Of a DNA stretch of 53,844 nucleotides, positions 1 to 8,956 are shown piece by piece. The DNA is taken from contig JBBDWJ010000014.1 in NCBI GenBank assembly GCA_040902925.1, positions 1 through 53,844 on the forward strand. The letters run 5' to 3'. Made by a program: the position numbers and the translations under genes. Below the pieces are notes generated by a model. The model ran no database searches and was not told the origin of the DNA. It was given only the letters and a program-made list of their open reading frames with translations. This stretch comes from Bryobacterales bacterium (GTDB lineage Bacteria; Acidobacteriota; Terriglobia; Bryobacterales; UBA6623). The first letter of the stretch is position 1. Each line of letters begins with the position of its first letter.

Positions 1-65
1 CATCATGCTTGCCTGGCAACTCTCCGCGTGCCAAGGATTTAGAATCGTTTAGCCGGTTCGGTAGG

Positions 66-114
66 CAGCCCTGAAAAGGCTGGCGGCGGCGGTTCGATTC
101 CGTCCCTGGCCACC
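66..114 (+). pseudogene. 3' fragment of tRNA-Phe(GAA), anticodon arm to acceptor 3' strand; probable att-site remnant
   Basis: Anticodon arm cagcc-CTGAAAA-ggctg (66-82), T-arm ggcgg-TTCGATT-ccgtc (88-104), acceptor strand cctggcc-acc. The complementary 5' ggccagg and a D-arm are absent upstream. Confidence 0.75.
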
Positions 115-200
115 GCAACGTAAGTTACCCAAGGCTCCGGTTAAACCGAAGACTGTTGACCGGACAATGACTCCTTCCAGCAGCGTCATTGCACGGAGAG

Positions 201-240
201 CCGTATCAAAACCGTATCAAAACCCTATCAAAACCCTATC
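201..240 (+). repeat. 11-bp tandem direct repeat, about 3.6 copies (CC[G/C]TATCAAAA)
   Basis: ccgtatcaaaa (201), ccgtatcaaaa (212), ccctatcaaaa (223), ccctatc (234), read directly. Confidence 0.9.
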
Positions 241-285
241 TGATGCAGGGGTTGGGGATGCTGATTGAGCGAAGAGCAGATTCCC

Positions 286-298
286 CAAGTTGTTGAAA
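286..298 (-). promoter_or_regulatory. IHF-like binding box
   Basis: Reverse complement TTTCAACAACTTG versus consensus WATCAANNNNTTR (one mismatch). A weaker copy TTTCAATAGGCTA lies at 400-412 on +. Confidence 0.4.
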
Positions 299-349
299 GG
301 AATCAGGACGGGATAGAAAACAGGGAACCCAAGAAAACGTACCGGTCGC

Positions 350-394
350 CTTCTAAGCAGAGGGTCGCTGGTTCGAGTCCAGCCGCGCCTACCA
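350..394 (+). pseudogene. 3' fragment of tRNA-Arg(TCT), anticodon loop to CCA; probable att core
   Basis: CTTCTAA loop, gcaga, T-arm gctgg-TTCGAGT-ccagc, then cgcgcct-ACCA. Upstream bases (gtcgc) do not complete the anticodon stem and there is no 5' half. Confidence 0.8.
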
Positions 395-549
395 CTTCTT
401 TTCAATAGGCTACTACCGATTCCGACCAGCCCTCGAAAAGACGACTGTAGACGATTTTGTGGACGGCGGTTTCCTCCAAGATCAACAAATCTCAACACCC
501 AATAGGTCCGGCAAAGGGCTTTTGGAACGAGCCGTCGACTTGTGACCGC

Positions 550-792
550 CGACTGGCGTTCTCGAAAAGTCAATCTGCCAGTGGTCTGCGGTGGAACTAT
601 ACGGGCATTGAAGGAGCGCATTTGAAGTTCCCGCACCGGGTGCCGTGCGTTCAACGCGGTTTCGCCAGTCGCGTCTTTCGAGATGGAGTAGTCGTCGGAA
701 CAACGGGCACACTCAACGCCATTGCCCTCTAATCCCTGCCGCTAGCTCCACCGCACACCACTGGCCGATTGACTTTCCAGGAACAACAGTCG
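550..792. repeat. ~243-bp element bounded by 50-bp imperfect inverted repeats (MITE-like or long hairpin)
   Basis: 550-599 versus the reverse complement of 743-792: 42/50 identical by manual alignment. Also visible as SQSASGLRW / SQSASGVRW in opposite-strand ORFs. Confidence 0.75.
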
Positions 793-1028
793 ATAGGCTT
801 GCTGATTTGTCGGAACTTGAGAATCAATTCCCGGGTGTAGGTGCACTACGCCACTGAGGCCGCGCGGTCGGACTTCGGATTCACGCATCCTCTCTCCACA
901 GCCTGAAGTAGGTGATCCGTCATTCGGTTCGCCATGGATCGTGGGATCCCGACGTTGATTTCTCTTTGGCCCTGCGCCGCAAGAGTTGCCGAATCTCCGC
1001 ATCAACACTTGGTCCGCAAGCCACGCTT

Positions 1029-3764
1029 CTACAGGATGAACTCGGCCTTGACTAAGCGCTCGTTCACGTCGTAGCTGAGTCGGAAGTCCAGGCGCTCGCA
1101 GACTCGCTGCATCGCGTAGTTGCTTGGCAGGATCGCGGCCGTGATACGGAGCAGCTTCTCGTCGCGGCCCACCTGCACCAAGCGGCGGACAAGCTCCTCG
1201 CCGAGCCGATGCCGCTGGAAGCGGTCGCTCACCACGACTGCCCACTCAGCCTCGTTCGTGCCATGCAGCTTGATCAGCCGGCCGACCGCGGAGATCTCCG
1301 CCACGCCCGTGGCTGGGTCGCGGTGTTCGGCGACCAGCGCCATCTCGCGATCGTAGTCGATGAAGCAGATGCGCGTAAGCCGCTCATGCCTCACGCGCTC
1401 GCTCAGTTGTATGGGACGGAAATAGCGGAGGTAGACGCTTTGGTCGGAAAGGCCTTCGTGGAATTTCACCATCATTGGCTCGTCCTCGGGTCGGATGGGA
1501 CGGATCGTGACCGTCACGCCGTCCTTCATCGTCCACGGAGCGACATACTGGGCCGGATACGAGCGAATAGCGGGCGTGGGCAGATCCTGCTCCCTCACGT
1601 CTTGGCCATGGAGGATGACTCGGGCGTCAAGAGCCAGGAATCCTTCAGCGGAAGCCAGCAGCGGGTTGACATCGATTTCCCGCACCCAGCGCTGCTCGAC
1701 GACGAGTCGTCCGAATCGAACCAGCAGTTGTTCGAGCGCCGCCATGTCAACCGGCCGGTGTCCGCGCACGCCCTGCAAGGCCGAGTAAATCCTGGTCTGT
1801 TCCATCATGCGTCGCGCCAGCGTGGTGTTGAGCGGCGGCAGAGCCAGCGCGCGGTCCTGCAAGACCTCGACCAACTGCCCGCCGGCGCCAAACAGCAATA
1901 CCGGACCGAACTGGGGATCGACGCTGCTGCCAAGGATCAGTTCGTAGCCCTCCCGCCGCATCATTGGCTGCACGCTGACACCCTGGAATTGCTCAATGCC
2001 GGCGTGTCGTCGCACAGCGGTCTCAATGGCGGCATAGGCGCGGCGTACGGCGCCCGCATCGCTGAGGTTCAACTGGACGCCGCCCACGTCCGACTTGTGG
2101 GTTATGGTTTCCGAGAGTAGTTTGAGAACCACCGGGTAGCCGATGTCGCCGGAGAGCCGAACGGCTTCCTCGGCGCTGCGAGCCGAGAGCGTCGGAACCG
2201 CTGGGATATCGTAGGCCGCCAGTAACTGTTTGGACTCCACTTCGGTGAGGATGGTTCTCCCGGACGCTCGTACGGCTTGCACGATGCTCTCGGCTGCCTG
2301 CCGGCCCGCGGATGATTGCTCGTCATCGGCCGCGATGGGGGTTTCATACAAGCCGCGCAGGTTATAGCTGTAACGCCACATGTAGCAAAAGGCGCGAGCG
2401 GCTGAATCGGGGTAGGGGAATGTGGGGATGCCGGCGCGCGCAAGGATGCTATCTCCCGCTTCGACATCGCCGCCACCCATCCAGCTCGCGAGAACCGGGC
2501 GGTCCTTTAGCCGTGCGAGAGGTTTTAGTCCCTCAGCGGTTTGGGTCGGGTCGGTCATCGCTTGGGGAGCGAGAATCGCCAGCAGTCCATCACTTTGGGG
2601 ATCGCGAGCGGCGATCTCGACCGCCTTGGAATAGCGATCGGGAGAGGCGTCGCCTAGAACGTCGATGGGATTGTTGTGGCTCCAATGAGGCGGCAGGAGC
2701 CGGTTGAGCTCTTCGACCGTCTCAGACGACAACGGGGCCAATTCCCCGCCGGCAGCAATCAGGGCGTCGGTCGCGAGAACCGCCGGGCCCCCCGCGTTGG
2801 TCAGAATCGTCAGGCGCGGCCCGCGCGGCCGGGGCTGCTTGGCGAGCACCTCGGCCATGTTGAATAAGTCGGCGATGGAGTGAACCCGCAGTACACCGCA
2901 GCGGCGGAAGGCAGCCTCCAGCACCGCGTCGCGCCCCGCGAGCGAGCCTGTATGGGAGGCTGCTGCGCGGGCCGCGGCATCGCTGCGGCCAGCCTTGAGA
3001 ACGATGATCGGCTTGGCCAGCGCCGCCTCGCGGGCCGCCGAGAGGAACGAGCGCGCATCGCCGATGGATTCCATGTAGATGACGATGCTATGGGTGCTCG
3101 GATCGTCGGCAAAATAGTCAATGAGGTCGCCCCAGCCCACATCGAGCATCGAGCCGATGGAGACGAAGGCGCTAAAACCGACCTGCTCGCGGAGGCTCCA
3201 GTCGAGGATCGCCGTGCAGAGCGCCCCGCTCTGGCTAATGAATCCGACGCTGCCGGGAAGAGCCATGGCCCCGGCAAAAGTGGCGTTCAAACCCGTCGCC
3301 GGACTCATGACGCCAAGGCAGTTGGGGCCGATGATCCGGAGGCCCGTGCGGCGCGCTTCGGCCAACACCTGGCGCTCCAGCTCTGCACCCGCCGCACCGA
3401 CTTCCTTGAACCCAGCCGAGATCACAATCGCCGCCTTGACGCCAGACTCCGTGCACTGGCGAATCACTGCCGGAATTGCCGGAGCCGGCGTTGCCACGAC
3501 AACCAAGTCAACCTTCTCAGGAATCTGGCCGATCTCTCGATACGCTTTGATCCCCAGCACGCTGGGCCGCTTCAGGCTGACAGGGTAAACCGTTCCGCCG
3601 AAGGAACGATCGACAAGATTGGTCAAAATCCGGCGGCCAACGCTGCCGGCGGCTTCAGTGGCGCCGATCAGAGCCACGGTCTTCGGGGCGAAAAAGACGT
3701 CGAGCGGCCCACGCCGGCCCGCGCCGTCGTAGGGAGGTTCCCTCGACGGCTGGGAAGTTGTCAT
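1029..3764 (-). CDS. Bifunctional ADP-forming acetate-CoA ligase family / GNAT N-acetyltransferase (Pat/PatZ-type architecture)
   Basis: CoA-binding N-terminus (GPNCLG, SQSGA), [11 protein letters not shown]-grasp HKSDVGGV and EIDVNPL, C-terminal GNAT (IRPIRPED...[11 protein letters not shown]). Confidence 0.92.
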   Translation of the reverse strand: MTTSQPSREPPYDGAGRRGPLDVFFAPKTVALIGATEAAGSVGRRILTNLVDRSFGGTVYPVSLKRPSVLGIKAYREIGQIPEKVDLVVVATPAPAIPAVIRQCTESGVKAAIVISAGFKEVGAAGAELERQVLAEARRTGLRIIGPNCLGVMSPATGLNATFAGAMALPGSVGFISQSGALCTAILDWSLREQVGFSAFVSIGSMLDVGWGDLIDYFADDPSTHSIVIYMESIGDARSFLSAAREAALAKPIIVLKAGRSDAAARAAASHTGSLAGRDAVLEAAFRRCGVLRVHSIADLFNMAEVLAKQPRPRGPRLTILTNAGGPAVLATDALIAAGGELAPLSSETVEELNRLLPPHWSHNNPIDVLGDASPDRYSKAVEIAARDPQSDGLLAILAPQAMTDPTQTAEGLKPLARLKDRPVLASWMGGGDVEAGDSILARAGIPTFPYPDSAARAFCYMWRYSYNLRGLYETPIAADDEQSSAGRQAAESIVQAVRASGRTILTEVESKQLLAAYDIPAVPTLSARSAEEAVRLSGDIGYPVVLKLLSETITHKSDVGGVQLNLSDAGAVRRAYAAIETAVRRHAGIEQFQGVSVQPMMRREGYELILGSSVDPQFGPVLLFGAGGQLVEVLQDRALALPPLNTTLARRMMEQTRIYSALQGVRGHRPVDMAALEQLLVRFGRLVVEQRWVREIDVNPLLASAEGFLALDARVILHGQDVREQDLPTPAIRSYPAQYVAPWTMKDGVTVTIRPIRPEDEPMMVKFHEGLSDQSVYLRYFRPIQLSERVRHERLTRICFIDYDREMALVAEHRDPATGVAEISAVGRLIKLHGTNEAEWAVVVSDRFQRHRLGEELVRRLVQVGRDEKLLRITAAILPSNYAMQRVCERLDFRLSYDVNERLVKAEFIL

Positions 3765-4120
3765 TCCTGGCTCCAGGGGATATTCAGGTTCTTTCTACGG
3801 CAGCCCACCCACACATTCTCTCTATCGCTTATTGACTGTTGCAATTTCGCGCCCACGGTCATCTGAACTCTCAGGATGAAACTCATAAGATAGGAGCGCG
3901 ACATGCGAACCGTTCCCGGCACTAGCCAAAGCACAATGCCCGGAGTTTGGCGTCCCAGCAACCAAAGGTATCGTGCCGTGCGAATTGGCGCTGGCAGACA
4001 ACTTGCAAGACAGATTGTGAGAATCCGGTGCTCTTCAGTGGTCATGTACAAAGAAGTCGTTGGCGCCGGAGGGTAGTGACAACAGGGAGGGAACACGAGC
4101 TTCCGGGAGGAAGGTGCCAC

Positions 4121-4561
4121 ATGCAAAAGACTCTTGAGTGTTTGGTCGCCGTTCTCGTTTTTGGGATGTTAGCCGGGTGCGGCGGTCGCCATTCGGCCGC
4201 GGGATTCCGGCTGCCGGAAAACGGTAGCGTGGAGCGCGGCAAGGCCGCTTTTGTCGAGTTACAGTGCACCCGCTGCCACACCGTCGCGGGAGTCGATCTA
4301 CCGTCGCCGACTATGGTTGGCTTCGAGATCCCGCTGGGCGGGGAAGTCTATGAGGCGCGTACGGACGGCTACCTGGTAACGTCGATCATTCACCCGTCGT
4401 ACCGGCTCGCACGGGGCTCCCAAACAGAGGGGACCGCTCCCGAAGATCTATCGCGCATGCCGGACTACACACGCGGAATGAGCGTACGGCAGTTAGTCGA
4501 TCTGGTCGCGTTCATGCAGTCGACCTACGAGATCGTAGAGCCGCCACCGACTATGTTCTGA
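4121..4561 (+). CDS. Monohaem c-type cytochrome, probable lipoprotein
   Basis: CTRCH haem motif, lipobox-like MLAGC, distal Met (SRMP). Purine-rich RBS before ATG 4121; start trimmed from the track ORF. Confidence 0.85.
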   Translation: MQKTLECLVAVLVFGMLAGCGGRHSAAGFRLPENGSVERGKAAFVELQCTRCHTVAGVDLPSPTMVGFEIPLGGEVYEARTDGYLVTSIIHPSYRLARGSQTEGTAPEDLSRMPDYTRGMSVRQLVDLVAFMQSTYEIVEPPPTMF

Positions 4562-4779
4562 GGCCGGCAGCATCCGGCGGTTGAGCACCGCATGCTGGCG
4601 CGGCGGGACGCTTGGGAAGATTGGATCACGGCGAATGGCGCAGGGGTGCGCGAGTCCGCTCCGCGAAACCCCTGCTACTCCGAATGCAACGTGTTCCGCT
4701 TCAGGGGGCTTTGGACGAATACGTGCTATTGATTGAGACGAAGGCGGGTTCTAGCGCTCGCCTTGCAGGAGGAAATCTG

Positions 4780-5256
4780 ATGCCACTCACAAAGGTCAGA
4801 GAATTACTGGATAGCCACCATGTCAGGTACATTGTGATCGGACATTCACCGGCTTACACAGCCCAGGAGATCGCCTCGCTGGCGCATATCTCAGGCAAGG
4901 AAATGGCGAAGACGGTGATCGTGAAAGTTGACGGCAAGATGGCGATGGCGGTATTGCCGGCGTCCTACAACGTCGACTTTGAGAGCCTTGGACAGAGTTT
5001 GGGCGCAACGAAGGTGGAACTGGCGCACGAGTGGGAGTTCAAGCACTTGTTTCCCGACTGCGAAGTCGGAGCCATGCCCCCCTTCGGCAACCTCTACCAC
5101 ATGCCCGTCTTTGTGGCAGAGCCACTCACCAAGGATAAGCAGATTGCCTTCAATTCCGGCACGCTGACAGAACTGTTCATGATGGAATACAAGGATTTCA
5201 AGGAGTTGGTTCGACCGAAGGTCATTCAATTCGCCGTGGCCAGCAAGGCTGCGTAG
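4780..5256 (+). CDS. YbaK/EbsC family aminoacyl-tRNA deacylase-like protein
   Basis: HSPAYTAQE, MAKTVIV, GAMPPFG motifs. AGGAGG RBS before ATG 4780. Confidence 0.88.
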   Translation: MPLTKVRELLDSHHVRYIVIGHSPAYTAQEIASLAHISGKEMAKTVIVKVDGKMAMAVLPASYNVDFESLGQSLGATKVELAHEWEFKHLFPDCEVGAMPPFGNLYHMPVFVAEPLTKDKQIAFNSGTLTELFMMEYKDFKELVRPKVIQFAVASKAA

Positions 5257-5822
5257 CCGCTTGGGAGTGGACAATACGAAGGCGGTCAAAGAGCGCCCTG
5301 GCAGCGCTTCACGGGGCGCTATAACCGATGGCGTCGCCTTACGGCCGTCGGCACTTGCGATGGGGCCACCGACGGTGAGACGGCCCACCGTTGTCCCGGC
5401 GGCGAGTTGATCCCAGGTCCATCTCGAAAATTGAAATAAGGCCAAAGTTGTAATAAGGCCACTTTCTGATGCTCGGACGGCCTGCCGGCACATGCAGGAC
5501 CGCGGCGGTAGCCACCTAGCGACGGCACTTTCCCAACGAGAGCCGGCGTGATAAACCCGCCCCATCAGGTAGGGAGAAATCCCCGCCAAAACCGCCGCGA
5601 TGAACTCAGTATTCCAGGCTACTGTTGGGTTATAGCGCCCACTACGACCACCGGAACCCGCAGTCGAGAGTCGAGACCGTAGCGGCGCAGCCCCTTGCCG
5701 GCGCTTAACGTGTTCCGTGTGAATGGGATTCGTTGAGCACGAACATTCGAGGCTTTTGGCTCTGCGGTTGCTGGTCTTCTCAATGGGCAACAGTGAGTTC
5801 GAATGAAACAGGGAGGTGCGCG

Positions 5823-6296
5823 ATGCTTTCAACAAGGCTTGTGGAACTAATGGCAACCCGCTCAAACGAAATTGCCGCGGCAGTTCTGGAGGCAACGCAC
5901 AACGATCGGCACTTGCCGGCTTTCGGCAAGTTGCCCGACAGCGACCTGTTGATGCGCTTCGAAGACGCGTGCAAGAAGCTAAGCTTGGCGCTGTCCGAGG
6001 GCGACGAAGCCATGCTAGCCAGGCACTACGAGAGCTTGAGCTTGCTTCGTCACCTCGAGGGAATCCCCTTGCACGAAGTGATTTGGGCCGCGCTGCTCTT
6101 CAAACAGCAATTGCTTCGCTATGCCCAAGAGCACTGCTGCGAGCAAACGGCGTACGACCTTTACACGGAGGTGGAATTGGAGCGCCTTGTGAACGGCGTT
6201 TTCGACAAGGTTGTGTTTTACCTTGTTCGCGGATACGAGCGTGCGCTGGAACGGGAATCCACTCAAGAGCGTTGGAAGGTTGCTGCGACTCTTTGA
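5823..6296 (+). CDS. All-helical protein resembling the RsbRD N-terminal (globin-like) domain
   Basis: GGAGG RBS before ATG 5823. Pattern 'RHLEGIPLHEVIWA...FDKVVFYLVRGYE' is typical of this helical family; recognition only. Confidence 0.6.
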   Translation: MLSTRLVELMATRSNEIAAAVLEATHNDRHLPAFGKLPDSDLLMRFEDACKKLSLALSEGDEAMLARHYESLSLLRHLEGIPLHEVIWAALLFKQQLLRYAQEHCCEQTAYDLYTEVELERLVNGVFDKVVFYLVRGYERALERESTQERWKVAATL

Positions 6297-6326
6297 AGTA
6301 GCGTCTGCAAAGGCGGGAGGTGCCCA

Positions 6327-6437
6327 ATGTTTGAGACATCCGTTCAAGACCAGGACCCGGGAGCGCCTTGGGCTATTCTGGGAGCTTTTCTTTTCTTCGT
6401 TCTGTTGATCCTGGTGGGTTACCTCTGGGTGACCTGA
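6327..6437 (+). CDS. Small single-pass membrane protein (36 aa), below the ORF-track cutoff
   Basis: GGGAGG RBS, then ATG 6327: MFETSVQDQDPGAPWAILGAFLFFVLLILVGYLWVT*. One clear hydrophobic helix; same strand as neighbours. Confidence 0.6.
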   Translation: MFETSVQDQDPGAPWAILGAFLFFVLLILVGYLWVT

Positions 6438-6528
6438 AGTCCGGTTGAGGGTGGAGCCCGGCAGTGGCTCTACCCTTGCCCAAGCCTAAGTTTGCGGTAA
6501 AGGTTGCGTGAACACAGAGACACCCTGA

Positions 6529-7119
6529 ATGAACGCCACAAAAGTTGAGCTACGGCGACGGATGCAGGCGTTCGAACGCGAGTTCGAGAACGCGCTGGAT
6601 GACAAGCAGAACGCTTTCCGCTACTACTGGTCCAAAGGGAAGGCCCGTTTCTCGAAAGAACTGCGGCGCGAGCACAAGAAGTTCAAGAAATACCTGCCTG
6701 CCTATGTGTTTCAAGCCAGGCCGTTGGTATTTCTGGCCGTGCCGGTTATCTACCTGGGAGTCGTTCCGTTCTTACTGCTGGACCTTTTTCTGACGCTCTA
6801 TCAGACAATCTGCTTTCCGATCTTTGGAATCCCGAAGGTTGAGCGTGGTGTGTATCTGGTGTTTGACCGCGGGCGTCTCGCCTATCTCAACCTGCTGGAA
6901 AGACTGAACTGCGTCTACTGCTCCTACGCCAACGGACTCTTCGCTTACGCCACCGAAATCGGGGCGCGCACGGAACAACATTGGTGCCCTATCAAACACG
7001 CCAGGCGCCTTGATGCCCCGCACTCGCGCTACTGGCAGTTTCTGGATTACGGGGACGCCAAGAGCTACCGCCAGCAGATTGATGCAACACGCCGCGACTT
7101 TACAGACCTACACCAGTGA
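6529..7119 (+). CDS. Hypothetical membrane-associated protein with Cys motifs
   Basis: 196-aa ORF with a hydrophobic segment and CVYCSYANG and WCPIKH motifs. Confidence 0.75.
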   Translation: MNATKVELRRRMQAFEREFENALDDKQNAFRYYWSKGKARFSKELRREHKKFKKYLPAYVFQARPLVFLAVPVIYLGVVPFLLLDLFLTLYQTICFPIFGIPKVERGVYLVFDRGRLAYLNLLERLNCVYCSYANGLFAYATEIGARTEQHWCPIKHARRLDAPHSRYWQFLDYGDAKSYRQQIDATRRDFTDLHQ

Positions 7120-7212
7120 AGTGATCGGCCGTGTACTTTGAAGCGGCGTACCCGGAAAACTGCAGCCGCGTCTTCTTGGAGCACTAATCTGGCGGGCCGG
7201 GCAAGCCGGGGC

Positions 7213-7243
7213 GCGGCCAAACCCCACAATAGGGCTTGGCCGC
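7213..7243. terminator. Stem-loop between convergent genes, possible terminator
   Basis: gcggccaa(a)ccc-cacaata-ggg(c)ttggccgc just past the Hsp20 stop; no strong U-tract. Confidence 0.45.
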
Positions 7244-7250
7244 TTTCGCT

Positions 7251-7757
7251 TCAGGTTCCCGCGGCAACGGAGATCGTCTTCTTCGGAACCGCAGCCGCTT
7301 TGGCCGCTGTGATTCGCAGCATGCCGTTCTCCAGTGTTGCTTTCACCTGCTCAACATCGATCCCAGCCGGCATTTCGAATCGCCGGAAGAGCTTCTTCTC
7401 GCTGAATTCCGAGAAGTGGATTTTCCCTTCCTTCTTTTCTTCCTTGTGGCTGGTTTCGCCCTGCACGATAATTGCGTCAGGCAGGGCGGAGACCTGGACG
7501 TCCTTCGCTTCCATGGCGGGGACCGCCATCGTCATCTGGAACTCCTTGTCGGTCTCGACGAGCTCCGACTCGGGCGCCCAGACCAGGTCACGTTCCGCCC
7601 GGAACCAGTCATCGAGGTCCAAACCGTTCATTGCGCCACGCCGCTGGAACAGGTCGAAGGCTCTGTTGCGTACGTTGTCGAACAGCTTGTCCATCGACTC
7701 GAACAGCGTTGGCGCTGTTTCCGGCTTGTTTACTTTTTGAACCGCAATGGTGGACAT
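7251..7757 (-). CDS. Hsp20/alpha-crystallin small heat-shock protein with an N-terminal DUF2934-like segment
   Basis: C-terminal KATLENGMLRIT alpha-crystallin signature, I-S-V tail, N-terminal RAFDLFQRRG...DLDDWFRAE. GGAGG RBS. Confidence 0.9.
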   Translation of the reverse strand: MSTIAVQKVNKPETAPTLFESMDKLFDNVRNRAFDLFQRRGAMNGLDLDDWFRAERDLVWAPESELVETDKEFQMTMAVPAMEAKDVQVSALPDAIIVQGETSHKEEKKEGKIHFSEFSEKKLFRRFEMPAGIDVEQVKATLENGMLRITAAKAAAVPKKTISVAAGT

Positions 7758-7798
7758 GGTTTCACCTCCTTACGTGGGATAGGAGCCGGCGGGCCGCT

Positions 7799-8896
7799 TT
7801 AGGCGACCCGCACGGCGATCTTCAAAACGCTATCGCTTCTCGACCCAAACAACTCATAGGCCTCGCCAATTCGATCAAGGGTGTAGGTGTGCGTCAGCAG
7901 CGGCGTCAAATCGATGCGGTGAGCCTCGACCAGCCGCATCAACCGGTACATGCGCTCCTTGCCGCCCGGGCACAGCGTTGTCACGATCTTGTGGTCCGAA
8001 AGGCCCGCCCCAAAGGGTTCGAGAGGGATTTGCAAATGGCCTGAGTAGACGCCGACGCTCGACAATGTTCCTCCGGGACGCAGCACGCGGAGCGCGTTTT
8101 CAAACGTCTGCTGCAAACCCAAAGCCTCAATAGCGACATCGACGCCGCGGCCCGCGGTCGCATCCCGAATCGCTTCGATGGGGTTCTGATCAGCGAACAA
8201 GGTGGTTGTGGCGCCGAACTGCGCCGACATTTTCAGACGGTTCGTATCCATGTCGACGGTGAAGATTCTTCCCGCGCCCATCAGCTTGGCGCCGAGCGTG
8301 GCGCACAGCCCGATCGGGCCTTGGGCAAACACCGCCACGGAATCTCCCAACCGAACATGGCCGCTTTCCGCCGCCGAGAAGCCGGTGGAGGCGATATCGC
8401 TCAACAGCAACACAGCCTCGTCCGTCAAGCCCTTGGGGATCACCGCCAGGTTGGCTTGCGCAAACGGAACCTTGACGTATTCGGCCTGCACGCCATCGAT
8501 CGTGTTACCAAAGCGCCAACCGCCCAGCGCTCCGCCGCACTGCGACAGATGGCCGGAAAGGCACGGCTCGCACTGGCCGCAGGGCGTGATCGCGCCGACC
8601 AGCACACGCTGGCCAATTTCGTAACCGGTCAAGCCCGGTCCCAACTCGTGAATCACTCCGACGGCCTCGTGGCCGATTGTCAGCCCGGGGGCAACAGGGT
8701 ACTCGCCGCGGATGATGTGGATGTCGGTGCCACAGACAGTGGTCAGGCCGACTTTGATGATTGCCTCGCCAAAGCCCGCCCTGGGAATGGGCTTTTCTTC
8801 AAGTCCAAACCTGCCCGGGGCGCGAAAGACATTCGCTTTCATCACTCCGGATCTGACGGCTCGCGGGGGTTTTGTTCCTTCGGCCAAGACAGCCAT
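7799..8896 (-). CDS. Zinc-dependent alcohol dehydrogenase (MDR family)
   Basis: CGTDIH, GHE, structural Zn CGQCEPC...C, QGPIG NAD-binding motif. Start codon uncertain (8896 chosen). Confidence 0.93.
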   Translation of the reverse strand: MAVLAEGTKPPRAVRSGVMKANVFRAPGRFGLEEKPIPRAGFGEAIIKVGLTTVCGTDIHIIRGEYPVAPGLTIGHEAVGVIHELGPGLTGYEIGQRVLVGAITPCGQCEPCLSGHLSQCGGALGGWRFGNTIDGVQAEYVKVPFAQANLAVIPKGLTDEAVLLLSDIASTGFSAAESGHVRLGDSVAVFAQGPIGLCATLGAKLMGAGRIFTVDMDTNRLKMSAQFGATTTLFADQNPIEAIRDATAGRGVDVAIEALGLQQTFENALRVLRPGGTLSSVGVYSGHLQIPLEPFGAGLSDHKIVTTLCPGGKERMYRLMRLVEAHRIDLTPLLTHTYTLDRIGEAYELFGSRSDSVLKIAVRVA

Positions 8897-8956
8897 GGCA
8901 AATCTCCTTCGCCTTGGAAGATGCACGTTTTCTGCCAATCCGAGACACCATTTTGG

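Noticed and set aside
40-114. Intact tRNA-Phe gene
   Set aside because: No 5' acceptor strand (ggccagg) or proper D-arm; only the 3' portion is present.
201-240. CRISPR array
   Set aside because: 11-bp head-to-tail repeats without spacers; no cas genes anywhere in the window.
320-394. Intact tRNA-Arg gene
   Set aside because: Similarity begins at the anticodon loop; the 5' half is missing.
217-1028. Short ORFs in the left non-coding region (e.g. 217-654 minus)
   Set aside because: They translate antisense tRNA and repeat sequence (RGWTRTSDPLL), with no RBS or recognisable domain. No integrase motif was found.
3765-4120. FNR/CRP box upstream of the low-oxygen cluster
   Set aside because: Only partial dyads (e.g. 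attgactgttgcaat); no TTGAT-N4-ATCAA match.
4612-4779. N-terminal extensions of track ORFs (YbaK; likewise NfnB to 11556 and the PQQ dehydrogenase to 53674)
   Set aside because: Downstream ATGs have better RBS or signal peptides and match expected domain starts.
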